Shown here: positions 36,676 through 44,251 of the stretch, in pieces | Layout of the letters: every line of letters begins with the position of its first letter | Numbering within the stretch: position 1 is the stretch's first letter | Source: Candidatus Dormiibacterota bacterium | GTDB taxonomy: Bacteria; Patescibacteriota; Saccharimonadia; Saccharimonadales; UBA4665 | DNA: 44,251 nt | Direction of reading: 5' to 3' | Assembly: GCA_035532255.1 (NCBI GenBank) | Contig: DATKRL010000021.1 | Location: forward strand, 1-44,251 | Notes under the pieces: model-generated | Seen by the model: only the letters and a program-made list of their open reading frames with translations | Told to the model about the DNA's origin: nothing | The model's database searches: none | Position numbers and translations under genes: made by a program

Positions 36676-37581
36676 ATGCCAAAAGTGATGCTTGTCGAAG
36701 ACGACAATAATCTGCGAGAGATTTACCAGGCCAGGTTACAGGCTGAAAACTACGAAATCGTATCCGCCAAAGACGGCGAAGAAGGTTTGGTAATTGCCAA
36801 AGCCGAGAAGCCTGATCTGATTATTGCCGATGTTATGATGCCCAAAATCAGCGGCTTCGAAATGCTTGACATCTTGCGTAACACCACCGAGCTCAAAGAC
36901 GTCAAAGTCATTATGCTGACCGCCCTGGGGCAAAACGAGGATGAGCAGCGGGCTGAGAGCCTGGGTGCTGACCGCTACCTAGTCAAATCTCAGGTTACCC
37001 TGGAAGACATTGTCAAAGCCGCCCAAGAATTACTCAGCGACCAGACGGATAAACCCGCGGCGACGGCCTCTGACCAGGCTGCGCCGGCTCAATCTCAACC
37101 GGCCGTTTCCATACCGGTTGCCACCGAACCCCCGGCTGATGACGCCGCCAAGGATGCTCAGTCCACGGCCCAGGAAGAAGCTAATGCCAAAAGCCGGATA
37201 GAAGATTTTGTGGCTGGCGCCACGGAAGAAGCAACACCAGCGGCAGCCGCCACTAACGCCGCGGATGACGATAAACTCGTAGCCGACGCGGCACAGGCCT
37301 TGATCGACAGCACCAAAGACAAAACACCGGGCGGCGCGGATGAAGCGGCAAGTGATAGCCAGCCAAACCCGGCCACTTCCAGCGTACCGATCGCCCATAA
37401 AAAAGTTATCACGCCTCTGGGTGACAATAAGCCCAAACAGGATATAAACGCCTTGCTGGCAGCCGAAGAGGCCAAAGAAGCCAAGTCCGAGCCGGATGAC
37501 CGGCCTTCTGGCCAAGCGGCAGCAACGTCCTCAAGCGAACCGCCGGACAATCCGGCTAATCCAGGCAACATCGCTCTCTGA
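36676..37581 (+). CDS. response regulator: receiver domain plus a roughly 180-aa low-complexity Ala/Pro/Asp/Glu-rich tail
   Basis: The REC motifs are VEDD, IIADVMMP, LTALG and K in YLVKS. From about residue 121 the sequence is compositionally biased, with no HTH or enzymatic motif. Confidence 0.8.
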   Translation: MPKVMLVEDDNNLREIYQARLQAENYEIVSAKDGEEGLVIAKAEKPDLIIADVMMPKISGFEMLDILRNTTELKDVKVIMLTALGQNEDEQRAESLGADRYLVKSQVTLEDIVKAAQELLSDQTDKPAATASDQAAPAQSQPAVSIPVATEPPADDAAKDAQSTAQEEANAKSRIEDFVAGATEEATPAAAATNAADDDKLVADAAQALIDSTKDKTPGGADEAASDSQPNPATSSVPIAHKKVITPLGDNKPKQDINALLAAEEAKEAKSEPDDRPSGQAAATSSSEPPDNPANPGNIAL

Positions 37582-37590
37582 GTTTAGGTT

Positions 37591-38247
37591 ATGCGCGTTA
37601 ACAAATTCGTGGCCAGTGCAACGGGTCTCAGTCGGCGCGCCGCCGATTTGGCTATTCAAGAGGGCAGAGTAGCTATCAACCGGCGAATAGCCAGCCTGGG
37701 AGACAAAGTAACCGATAGCGACAAAGTAACTCTAGACAACCAGCCCTTAACAACAACCGACAAACGTTTAATCATCATTCTTAATAAACCTACGGGTTAT
37801 GTTTGCTCGCGGGACGGGCAGGGCAGTCAGACGGTCTATGACATCTTGCCACCGGAATATCATCACCTCAAACCGGTCGGCCGCCTGGATAAAAATTCCT
37901 CCGGACTTTTGCTATTAACCAATGACGGCGACCTGGCGAACGAGCTGACGCATCCGCGCTACGCCAAAGCCAAAGTTTACGAAGTAACACTCGACAAGCC
38001 GCTGGCCGAAGCCGACAAAGCCAGGCTCGACCAAGGAGTGAAAGTCGACGACTATGTCAGCCACCTGCGGCTATCGCCTATGGAAAAACCTAGCAGTTGG
38101 CAGGTGACCATGAGCCAGGGCCACAACCGCCAAATCCGGCGCACCTTCGAGGCTCTCGGTTACGCTGTCCGAACCCTCCGCCGTACCAGCTTCGGGCCTT
38201 ATAAATTGGCCGGTTTACAATCTGGCGACCACTACCAAGAAATTTAA
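37591..38247 (+). CDS. pseudouridine synthase, RsuA/RluB family, with an S4 domain
   Basis: S4-like N-terminus (RVNKFVASATGLSRRAADLAIQEGRVAIN) and catalytic motif GRLDKNSSGLLLLTNDG. Confidence 0.85.
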   Translation: MRVNKFVASATGLSRRAADLAIQEGRVAINRRIASLGDKVTDSDKVTLDNQPLTTTDKRLIIILNKPTGYVCSRDGQGSQTVYDILPPEYHHLKPVGRLDKNSSGLLLLTNDGDLANELTHPRYAKAKVYEVTLDKPLAEADKARLDQGVKVDDYVSHLRLSPMEKPSSWQVTMSQGHNRQIRRTFEALGYAVRTLRRTSFGPYKLAGLQSGDHYQEI

Positions 38248-38272
38248 TATTTGGTATGCTTGTATAACGGTT

Positions 38273-38965
38273 ATGATTCACCTGCCGATTAACTCGATTG
38301 CCTGGTCTGTTGGCGCCACCACCTTGTATACTTTTAGCTTTAGGAGTTGGCGCACTTACCGGCGGACGCGAAACCCTTTGGCCCAGATGTACAGCCTAAT
38401 CAGTTTGACGTTCGGGACAGGGCTTTTTTTCTTCGGTGTACCTGGCTTGTTGACACTCGACACCCACGTTCTGCTTTACGCATATTTCGCGGCTGACTTT
38501 TTCGTCCAGGTCACTATGCAAGTAGGGGTTTGGATGCTGTGGTTTCTGGGCTTACGTAACAGCATCTTTCTGCGCTATCTTTATCTTCTCACCGTACCTT
38601 TCTCGCTGGTTCTTCTAACTTGGGAAGTTCTGACATCACGCGTCAGCGTCAGCCAGTCGCCCTACCTGATCGTTTACGCCGACAAGCCGCCGGTTTTGAT
38701 TTTGAAGTCAATAATTTACGTCGCCGTAGCGATACCGATCGGTTATTTCTTGCTGCGCCAAGTGCCCAAACAAGTGACCTGGCGCGCCAAGCTAAAATCT
38801 TTGACGTCGGGCATGATCTTCATAGCTGTCTGTTTGGTGGCAACCACTAACAACATTTTTGACAAGGGCAGCGATACGCCGGGTTCGGCGAGGACGGTAC
38901 TGATTGTCTTCATTATCTTTTTGCTGGCCCAGCTGCCTCGCGGCCGGAAGGTCCAGCACACCTAA
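38273..38965 (+). CDS. polytopic membrane protein, function unknown
   Basis: 230 aa with about 7 hydrophobic helices and no recognisable motif. Its 3' end overlaps the convergent kinase by 4 nt. Confidence 0.5.
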   Translation: MIHLPINSIAWSVGATTLYTFSFRSWRTYRRTRNPLAQMYSLISLTFGTGLFFFGVPGLLTLDTHVLLYAYFAADFFVQVTMQVGVWMLWFLGLRNSIFLRYLYLLTVPFSLVLLTWEVLTSRVSVSQSPYLIVYADKPPVLILKSIIYVAVAIPIGYFLLRQVPKQVTWRAKLKSLTSGMIFIAVCLVATTNNIFDKGSDTPGSARTVLIVFIIFLLAQLPRGRKVQHT

Positions 38966-40629
38966 ACGGTGTCGAAGAAGTCTTTGGTCTCGGCGGCGGC
39001 GACCTTGCCGCTATCTTGCTTGTGCTTGCTGTAAGGCGGCACCCACAGGTAGAAAGAACTGCCTTTGCCCAATTCGGTTTCGAACCACAGACGGGCCGTG
39101 ACGCGAGCTGACAGCTGCTTGGCAATGTAAAGGCCTAGACCGGTACCACCGTGGACCCGCGTTTGGTAATCCTCGGACTGGAAAAATTTTTCAAATATCT
39201 TCTTTTGATCCGACTGCGAGATGCCGATCCCCGTGTCGCTAACACGGAAAGTCACGCCCTGCGCGTTGTTTTCGGGATTCATAACCGATAGCGTGACCAT
39301 GCCTTTGTCGGTAAATTTAATGGCATTGGAAACGAAAATGGAAACGATTTCGCGGACCACGTAACGGCTGGTCAGAATGGTCGACGAGTTGAGGCTAGGA
39401 TCAACTTTGACCTCCAAATTAAGGCCTTTGGTTTTGGCCTGGTCGGTGTAGTCTACTTTGAATTCGTCGAGCAGGGCCACGGGGTTGAGCGGTTCCAGAT
39501 CGACATCCAGCTCCTCGCTTTCGACCTGTGATAAGTTCGTCAGATCCTTAATGATGTGCGACAGCTGCTGGAGACTGCGCAAGGCGCCGTTAAGCATGCC
39601 AACAGCCTCTTGGTTCTGAGGCATGTAGGGCGGCGACAGCAGCAGGGAAATGTCGCCCTGGGCTATGGTCAGCGGCGTTCGCAATTCGTGCGAAGCCACG
39701 GCTATGAACTCCTTGCGCTCCTGGTCAACGGTCTTTTCTTGCGAGATGTCGTGAATGATCAAGACATGGCCGCGGTTTTGCCGGTCGACAATGTAGGGCG
39801 CGACATTGATCGATACGGTAACCACGCTATTGTCAGGCGCTGTGAGCTGCAGATCCTTTCTTTCGAACGCGCTGTCGGCGTTACCGATTTTGAGTTCGGC
39901 CGGCTGGCCGTTAGTATCCACAAAATGGATAGATTGGTTAATTTGCCGGCCATTGAGCTCGGGCGTAGCAGAAAGGGCCGAAGCCATTTGATTGTAGATG
40001 ATGATGTTACCGCCGTTGTCGACGACCAACACCGCGTCTCGCATGTTGTTGATCAACGCCAGTAACTGCTGACGTTCTCTCTCCGTTTCGGAGCCCAATT
40101 CAATCAACTGATGGCGTTCCGACCGTTCCGACCTTGTTAGGAGCGCCACGTACAGGCCGATAACCATCAGGATCATCATCCGGATAACGAGATTTCTGGG
40201 GAAAGTCAGTTGCGCATGGTTAACGATTATATTCTGAGTCAACAGCAAAGCCGTTTGCACGGCACCGATTAAGGCCGCCGCCCAAGCGCCGTACCAATAA
40301 GCTCCGGAGATAATCATAAAAACCAGCACTAAGAGGTATGGGCTGGCATCGGCGCCGGTCAGCATAACCAATAAAATCGCCAGTGCACTATCGATTACCA
40401 GAATCAGTGATCGGTTAGCCAGAAAACCAAAACCGCGCTTGTTGCCGGCTAACAGCAGAATATTGAAGATTGCGGCGGTCACTAGGAACCCGCCAATAAT
40501 AGGCTCTTGGGCTCGCGCCACGAACCAGAAACTGGCCGCCACGATGGCGATGATGCCCCAACGGGCATACCAGGTACTTTTCAGGTAAGTGGTAACCCTC
40601 GGCTGGATAAGATCTTGTGATTTGGACAT
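38962..40629 (-). CDS. sensor histidine kinase (about 6 TM, PAS, HisKA, HATPase_c), no adjacent regulator
   Basis: H-box ASHELRTPLTIAQGD, N-box SNAIKFT and G-box GGTGLGLYIAKQL. Confidence 0.85.
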   Translation of the reverse strand: MSKSQDLIQPRVTTYLKSTWYARWGIIAIVAASFWFVARAQEPIIGGFLVTAAIFNILLLAGNKRGFGFLANRSLILVIDSALAILLVMLTGADASPYLLVLVFMIISGAYWYGAWAAALIGAVQTALLLTQNIIVNHAQLTFPRNLVIRMMILMVIGLYVALLTRSERSERHQLIELGSETERERQQLLALINNMRDAVLVVDNGGNIIIYNQMASALSATPELNGRQINQSIHFVDTNGQPAELKIGNADSAFERKDLQLTAPDNSVVTVSINVAPYIVDRQNRGHVLIIHDISQEKTVDQERKEFIAVASHELRTPLTIAQGDISLLLSPPYMPQNQEAVGMLNGALRSLQQLSHIIKDLTNLSQVESEELDVDLEPLNPVALLDEFKVDYTDQAKTKGLNLEVKVDPSLNSSTILTSRYVVREIVSIFVSNAIKFTDKGMVTLSVMNPENNAQGVTFRVSDTGIGISQSDQKKIFEKFFQSEDYQTRVHGGTGLGLYIAKQLSARVTARLWFETELGKGSSFYLWVPPYSKHKQDSGKVAAAETKDFFDTV

Positions 40630-40691
40630 GTTTACTTAAAGGCTAGGAAACCCTTCCTAACAAGTATATCAAAAAGCTTGTGCTAAATAGA

Positions 40692-41294
40692 CTAGTAGAC
40701 TGTCCAATCGTTGTCGCGCGGATGTTCACCGACACTATCGAGCCTGGCCACGACGCCTCTATCAAGATCCGTGACGCGGAAAGACTCCAGAGTTCGCCTG
40801 GCGTAACCGGCATCGACAACTGCCACGAAACCAAGTGACAGGTGTTGCGCGTACCTGGAATCGTGTTGTCCGGTCTGGAGCTCGAATTTATCGAGCGCCC
40901 CGTCAAGAGCCCGAGTAGTTTCCTTAGGGCCGCAACAGGAAGCCGGCGTTCCGCAGCGAATAGGATCTTCGTCAACAATGGGCAAAATACCATACCCTTC
41001 GAGCAGGGATTGTCGCAGAGCATCGGCCGTCCGTATAAGCGATACCGGCTCGGTTGTCTGGGTCGCCGGAATCATCGGTCGTATGCCAATGGTCTTGTAG
41101 GGGCGGAGAAGGCCTCTATCGTGAAGAATATCGACCGCGTGTTTGGCTTGCGCGTCTGCCTGTCGGTTATCCTCGGGAAAGCCTCCCACCAGCACAAGTT
41201 TGCCCACGTATTGTTTTAGATGATCTTGATGGGCTTTTTCACTGCCTTCGCCCAGGAGACTTCTAGCTGCCCGCCCAGCGACACCCCCGAGCAA
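40692..41294 (-). CDS. hypothetical protein (about 200 aa), function unknown
   Basis: It is the longest ORF at this locus and its third-position G/C bias is compatible with coding. It starts at a non-ATG codon (TTG), and the frame stays open for another 25 codons upstream without an ATG. I found no recognisable motif. Confidence 0.4.
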   Translation of the reverse strand: MLGGVAGRAARSLLGEGSEKAHQDHLKQYVGKLVLVGGFPEDNRQADAQAKHAVDILHDRGLLRPYKTIGIRPMIPATQTTEPVSLIRTADALRQSLLEGYGILPIVDEDPIRCGTPASCCGPKETTRALDGALDKFELQTGQHDSRYAQHLSLGFVAVVDAGYARRTLESFRVTDLDRGVVARLDSVGEHPRDNDWTVY

Positions 41295-41408
41295 ATTTAA
41301 GGGCGCCGTTATTATTTCCTTTCCGGTTGATAAAGGTTCTTTGATAATGCCACACCCCTTGTATTTAATTTAAAAACTATAAAAAATATCACGATCTAAG
41401 TCAGTAAA

Positions 41409-41428
41409 ATACCTCATTGATGAGGTAT
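41409..41428. promoter_or_regulatory. perfect 9+2+9 palindrome ATACCTCAT-TG-ATGAGGTAT in the der / hypothetical intergenic region
   Basis: Its right arm can alternatively pair (TGATGAG 41418-41424) with CTCATCA at 41433-41439. Confidence 0.3.
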
Positions 41429-41454
41429 GATTCTCATCATCAGGCGGCTTAGCC

Positions 41455-41463
41455 TGTTAGAAT
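41455..41463 (+). promoter_or_regulatory. extended -10 element TGTTAGAAT, 8 nt upstream of the der ATG (leaderless candidate)
   Basis: TGTTAGAAT-attaggtg-ATG(41472). Confidence 0.4.
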
Positions 41464-41471
41464 ATTAGGTG

Positions 41472-42836
41472 ATGAGCAAAAAGTTACCGATTGTGGCGAT
41501 TGTTGGACGGGCCAATGTCGGCAAGTCCAGTCTGTTCAACGCGATCCTAGATCGGCGCGAGGCCATCGTGGCCCGCGAAGCCGGCACCACCCGCGACAGC
41601 ATCATGGCCAAGGCCGAATACAAGGACCAACATTTTTGGCTGGTTGATACCGCGGGCATCAAAGACCCAGAGGACGAATTCGAATTTACCATCCAGGAAC
41701 AGATCATTCAGGCCGCTGACAGCGCCGACGTTATTTGGGTGATGGTCGAGGCTGACGTGCCGATCACAGAAGAAGACCGCCGGGTAGCCAAGATGGCCCT
41801 CAAGAGCCGCAAGCCGGTTTTTCTGATAGTTAACAAGGTCGACAAAGCTAAGGGAGCCGACCTTAGCGGCTTTGAGCGGCTCGGCATCAAACCCATTCTG
41901 CACACTAGCACCACCCAGCAAAAGGGCATCGATCAGTTGTTGGCAGAGCTGGCCGGAATCATTCCCAAAGCCACCGATCAAGAAGACGACAACCGCTTGC
42001 GCGTCGCCATCCTTGGCCGGCCCAACGTCGGCAAGTCGCAGCTTTTTAACACCCTGGCCAAGAAACAGCAGGCCATCGTCGCCGACCGCGCCGGCACCAC
42101 GCGTGACGTCAATCGTGCCGTCGTGCGCTACCTGGGTCGGGAAGTGGAGCTATTGGACACCGCCGGCATCCGCCGCAGCGGCAAAATCCAGGTTGGTATC
42201 GAGCGCTTTAGCGTCATCCGGGCACTGAGCGCCATCGAGCAAGCCGATGTCTGCCTGCTGCTGATGGATGTAAACGAACTCAATGTCCAGCTGGACCAGA
42301 AGATCGCCGGCATGATCAAAGACGCCGGCAAAGGCCTTATCCTGGTAGTCAGCAAGTGGGACGCCGCCGAAGACAAAGACGCCTACACCCGTGACGCGCT
42401 GGCGCCTCAGATCGTCGCCAATTATGATTTCGTGCCGTGGGCACCACTGATTTTTACAAGCGCCATCACCGGCCAGAATGTCACCAAGCTCTTCGACTTG
42501 GCTATGGAAATTGACAGCGAGCGCGGCAAGCGTATTCAAACCAGCGAGCTCAACCGGTGGCTGCGCCAGGCCGTCGACGCCCATCCGCCGGCCGGCCTCA
42601 AGAACCGCAATCCCAAGCTCAACTACATGGTGCAGGAGACCGACAATCCCACGCCGGCTTTCAAGATTTTCGGTAGCCAAACCAGGTTTGTCCACTGGAG
42701 CTACCGCCGCTACCTGGAAACCCGCCTGCGCAAGGCCTACGGCTACGAAGGCACTCCTGTGCAGCTATGGTTCATCGAAAAGCACGCCGCCCACAAGCAC
42801 GGTGTGAGCCCCACCTTCAAAAAGGAAGGGGCGTGA
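41472..42836 (+). CDS. der: ribosome-associated GTPase Der (EngA)
   Basis: Two tandem G domains (GRANVGKSS...DTAG; GRPNVGKSQ...DTAG...SKWD) plus a KH-like C-terminus. The alternative GTG start is at 41469. Confidence 0.92.
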   Translation: MSKKLPIVAIVGRANVGKSSLFNAILDRREAIVAREAGTTRDSIMAKAEYKDQHFWLVDTAGIKDPEDEFEFTIQEQIIQAADSADVIWVMVEADVPITEEDRRVAKMALKSRKPVFLIVNKVDKAKGADLSGFERLGIKPILHTSTTQQKGIDQLLAELAGIIPKATDQEDDNRLRVAILGRPNVGKSQLFNTLAKKQQAIVADRAGTTRDVNRAVVRYLGREVELLDTAGIRRSGKIQVGIERFSVIRALSAIEQADVCLLLMDVNELNVQLDQKIAGMIKDAGKGLILVVSKWDAAEDKDAYTRDALAPQIVANYDFVPWAPLIFTSAITGQNVTKLFDLAMEIDSERGKRIQTSELNRWLRQAVDAHPPAGLKNRNPKLNYMVQETDNPTPAFKIFGSQTRFVHWSYRRYLETRLRKAYGYEGTPVQLWFIEKHAAHKHGVSPTFKKEGA

Positions 42837-42840
42837 GGCC

Positions 42841-43482
42841 ATGGCCTGGCTACAAAAACGCCCGCAAGTCAGCAACCCGACGATGTTCTATACCGTCGGG
42901 CTTAATAAGACTATTCTGCTGGTCGGGCTAGGTAACCCCGGCAAAGAGTATGACCTGACGCGGCACAACGTCGGTTTTTTGTGCATTGACGAATTTGTCA
43001 GCAGAACGGAGGAGATGGAGGACTGGCTACAAAAAAAAGACCTCAAATGCCTGGTCAGCAGCGGACGGGTAGGCGACGCGCGGGTCATCACCATCAAACC
43101 GACAACTTTTATGAACCTCAGCGGCGAGGCCGTGCGGGCCGTGATGAATTTTTATAAGGTCAATCCCGAATACGTCGCCGTTATCCATGATGAGCTGGAC
43201 ATTGATTTCGGTCAGATCCGCCTGCGCGTCGGCGGTTCGTCAGCCGGTCATAACGGCATCAAATCGGTCACGGCGGCCATCGGCGAAGACTATGGCCGCG
43301 TCCGCGTTGGCGTCGGCCCCAAGCGGCCGGACGCGATCAAGAGCGAGGATTTTGTCCTGCAAAAGTTTTCAGCCGAAGAGCAAACCCAGCTGCCCAACCT
43401 GACCCGCGAAGTCAGCGCCATTATCAGCGAATATGTCTACGGCGGCGAGCTGCCGCATGATACCCGAAATTTTCTGGTATAA
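42841..43482 (+). CDS. pth: peptidyl-tRNA hydrolase
   Basis: Motifs LLVGLGNPGKEYDLTRHNVGF and GGSSAGHNGIKS. The start may instead be ATG 42883. Confidence 0.88.
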   Translation: MAWLQKRPQVSNPTMFYTVGLNKTILLVGLGNPGKEYDLTRHNVGFLCIDEFVSRTEEMEDWLQKKDLKCLVSSGRVGDARVITIKPTTFMNLSGEAVRAVMNFYKVNPEYVAVIHDELDIDFGQIRLRVGGSSAGHNGIKSVTAAIGEDYGRVRVGVGPKRPDAIKSEDFVLQKFSAEEQTQLPNLTREVSAIISEYVYGGELPHDTRNFLV

Positions 43483-43515
43483 TAAGCACTCGACTAGGTA
43501 GACGTAGGTAGACTA

Positions 43516-44094
43516 ATGAGCGCTATTTTAATTCTGAACGGCGGCGCCAACGAACATGGTGAACTGAATTCCGACACCACCGGGCGCATTGACCTTGGTA
43601 TGCGTTTAGCTTCACTCCGTCCGGCGGCAACAGTCATTATGGTCGGCGGACAAAGCGCGACTATTATGCGGGATTTCGCTGCCGAGAATTATCCTGAGAT
43701 TCAGACGCCGCTAGTAGAGGATCAATCTTGCGACACCATTGAAAGCGCTCATAACGTGAAGTTAGAATACCTTTCGCCGGACAAACACCAAGACGTCAGT
43801 ATTGTGACCACGGACTATCATGGCAGGCGCGCAGGATGGATATTCAAGCGCATTCTAGGTAACGGGTACGATATAGACGTGCATCTCGCGTCTTCGACGC
43901 ACTCGCCGCTTCTGCAGCACAAGGAGCAGGTACAGTTCGCCATTGCCAGACTGAAATTACTGGGCCTCAAGCCCGAGGATGACGCCAAAAGAGCGCAACG
44001 ATTGTCACGTTTCCGTTTTAGAGACAGGGATAACTCAGTCGCTAATTTGATCCAGTTTGTCGACACCGGATTAAATACCAGACTTAAAGCCTAG
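43516..44094 (+). CDS. DUF218 / YdcF-like domain protein
   Basis: 192 aa with the ILILNGG...VIMVGG...IVTTDYHGRRA pattern typical of DUF218 (ElyC/SanA/YdcF) proteins. Confidence 0.55.
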   Translation: MSAILILNGGANEHGELNSDTTGRIDLGMRLASLRPAATVIMVGGQSATIMRDFAAENYPEIQTPLVEDQSCDTIESAHNVKLEYLSPDKHQDVSIVTTDYHGRRAGWIFKRILGNGYDIDVHLASSTHSPLLQHKEQVQFAIARLKLLGLKPEDDAKRAQRLSRFRFRDRDNSVANLIQFVDTGLNTRLKA

Positions 44095-44108
44095 GCCCCG
44101 GGCGAGTA

Positions 44109-44151
44109 TAAAAAAGAGCCTCCAGAGGGGGTGGGCACCGCTGGAGGCTCA
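44109..44151 (-). terminator. intrinsic-terminator-like hairpin for a minus-strand transcript entering from the right edge
   Basis: GAGCCTCCAG (44117-44126) pairs with CTGGAGGCTC (44142-44151). The 15-nt loop has an internal GGT/ACC pairing. On the minus strand the hairpin is followed by TTTTTTAT (44109-44116). Confidence 0.5.
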
Positions 44152-44251
44152 TTACAGGGCACGACTAAGTCATGCCCACCACCCTTCAACCCACCCCGGC
44201 GAAACATCGACGTCTATATATAAGAATGACGCGTGTAATCCTTTGCAGGAA

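Noticed and set aside
37030-37571. Two overlapping antisense ORFs (161 and 137 aa) under the response-regulator tail
   Set aside because: They arise from the low-complexity GC-rich repeat-like composition of the Ala/Pro/Asp tail. Both are Arg/Gly/Ser-rich nonsense-like sequences.
40643-41219. Alternative ORFs at the hypothetical locus (40643-41023 minus strand in another frame; 40842-41219 plus strand)
   Set aside because: They are shorter than the 200-aa frame and fully nested in it. Their products are Ser/Arg/Leu-rich. Only one frame can reasonably be coding, and the longest has the more gene-like codon bias.
43495-43513. Tandem direct repeat TAGGTAGAC-g-TAGGTAGAC upstream of the DUF218 gene
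   Set aside because: It is real but has only two 9-nt copies. It is most simply a duplicated SD-like or -10-like segment (TAGACT) in the leader, with nothing to suggest a larger repeat element.
44226-44236. ATGACGCGTGT, identical to part of the E. coli 4.5S (SRP) RNA 3' strand
   Set aside because: No GGAA tetraloop or conserved domain IV 5' strand lies nearby on either strand. ACGCGT is itself a palindrome, so the match is probably coincidental.

Overview
44.25-kb chromosomal window from a compact, moderately GC-rich (mid-50s % by eye) bacterial genome. It is almost entirely coding: about 46 CDS and 3 tRNAs, with many 1-26 nt gene overlaps and convergent genes whose stop codons abut or overlap. 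I found no rRNA, CRISPR array, transposase, integrase or phage gene. Content, left to right: (1) nucleotide metabolism: purL 3' end, pyrE, pyrF, pyrD, pyrC, pyrB, prs, purA; (2) pgl-zwf plus a MarP-like CvpA/trypsin protease; (3) an NRAMP transporter and a MacB-type ABC pair; (4) tRNA-Ser, then a small membrane protein coupled to a membrane-anchored Clp/Hsp100-like double AAA+ ATPase; (5) pyrH; (6) a five-gene overlapping operon of xth, two alpha/beta hydrolases, a HAD-IB phosphatase and a YjeF_C-like protein; (7) a 522-aa orphan gene next to tRNA-Leu, which carries a 20-nt duplicate of its own 3' end; (8) envelope genes (sortase, PEGA protein, membrane protein), gltX and a DUF3048 protein; (9) three histidine kinases with two receiver-only response regulators; (10) a umuD-like/umuC cassette; (11) a DMT-like transporter, tRNA-Glu, a pseudouridine synthase, der, pth and a DUF218 protein. 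No recognisable multi-gene novel system such as a defence island is evident. The observations best supported by the sequence are: a UmuD homologue that has lost its Ser/Lys dyad and cleavage site, preceded by a 45-codon ORF with a strong SD; a transmembrane Clp-like ATPase with a degenerate D1 ring, no M-domain and no ClpP loop; the att-like tRNA-Leu 3'-end repeat beside the orphan gene; and a recurrent -10 hexamer 6-8 nt upstream of start codons, which suggests widespread leaderless mRNAs. Lineage cannot be assigned from this window; the protein set looks monoderm-like or candidate-phyla-like. All homology statements come from motif recognition by eye, not from database searches.
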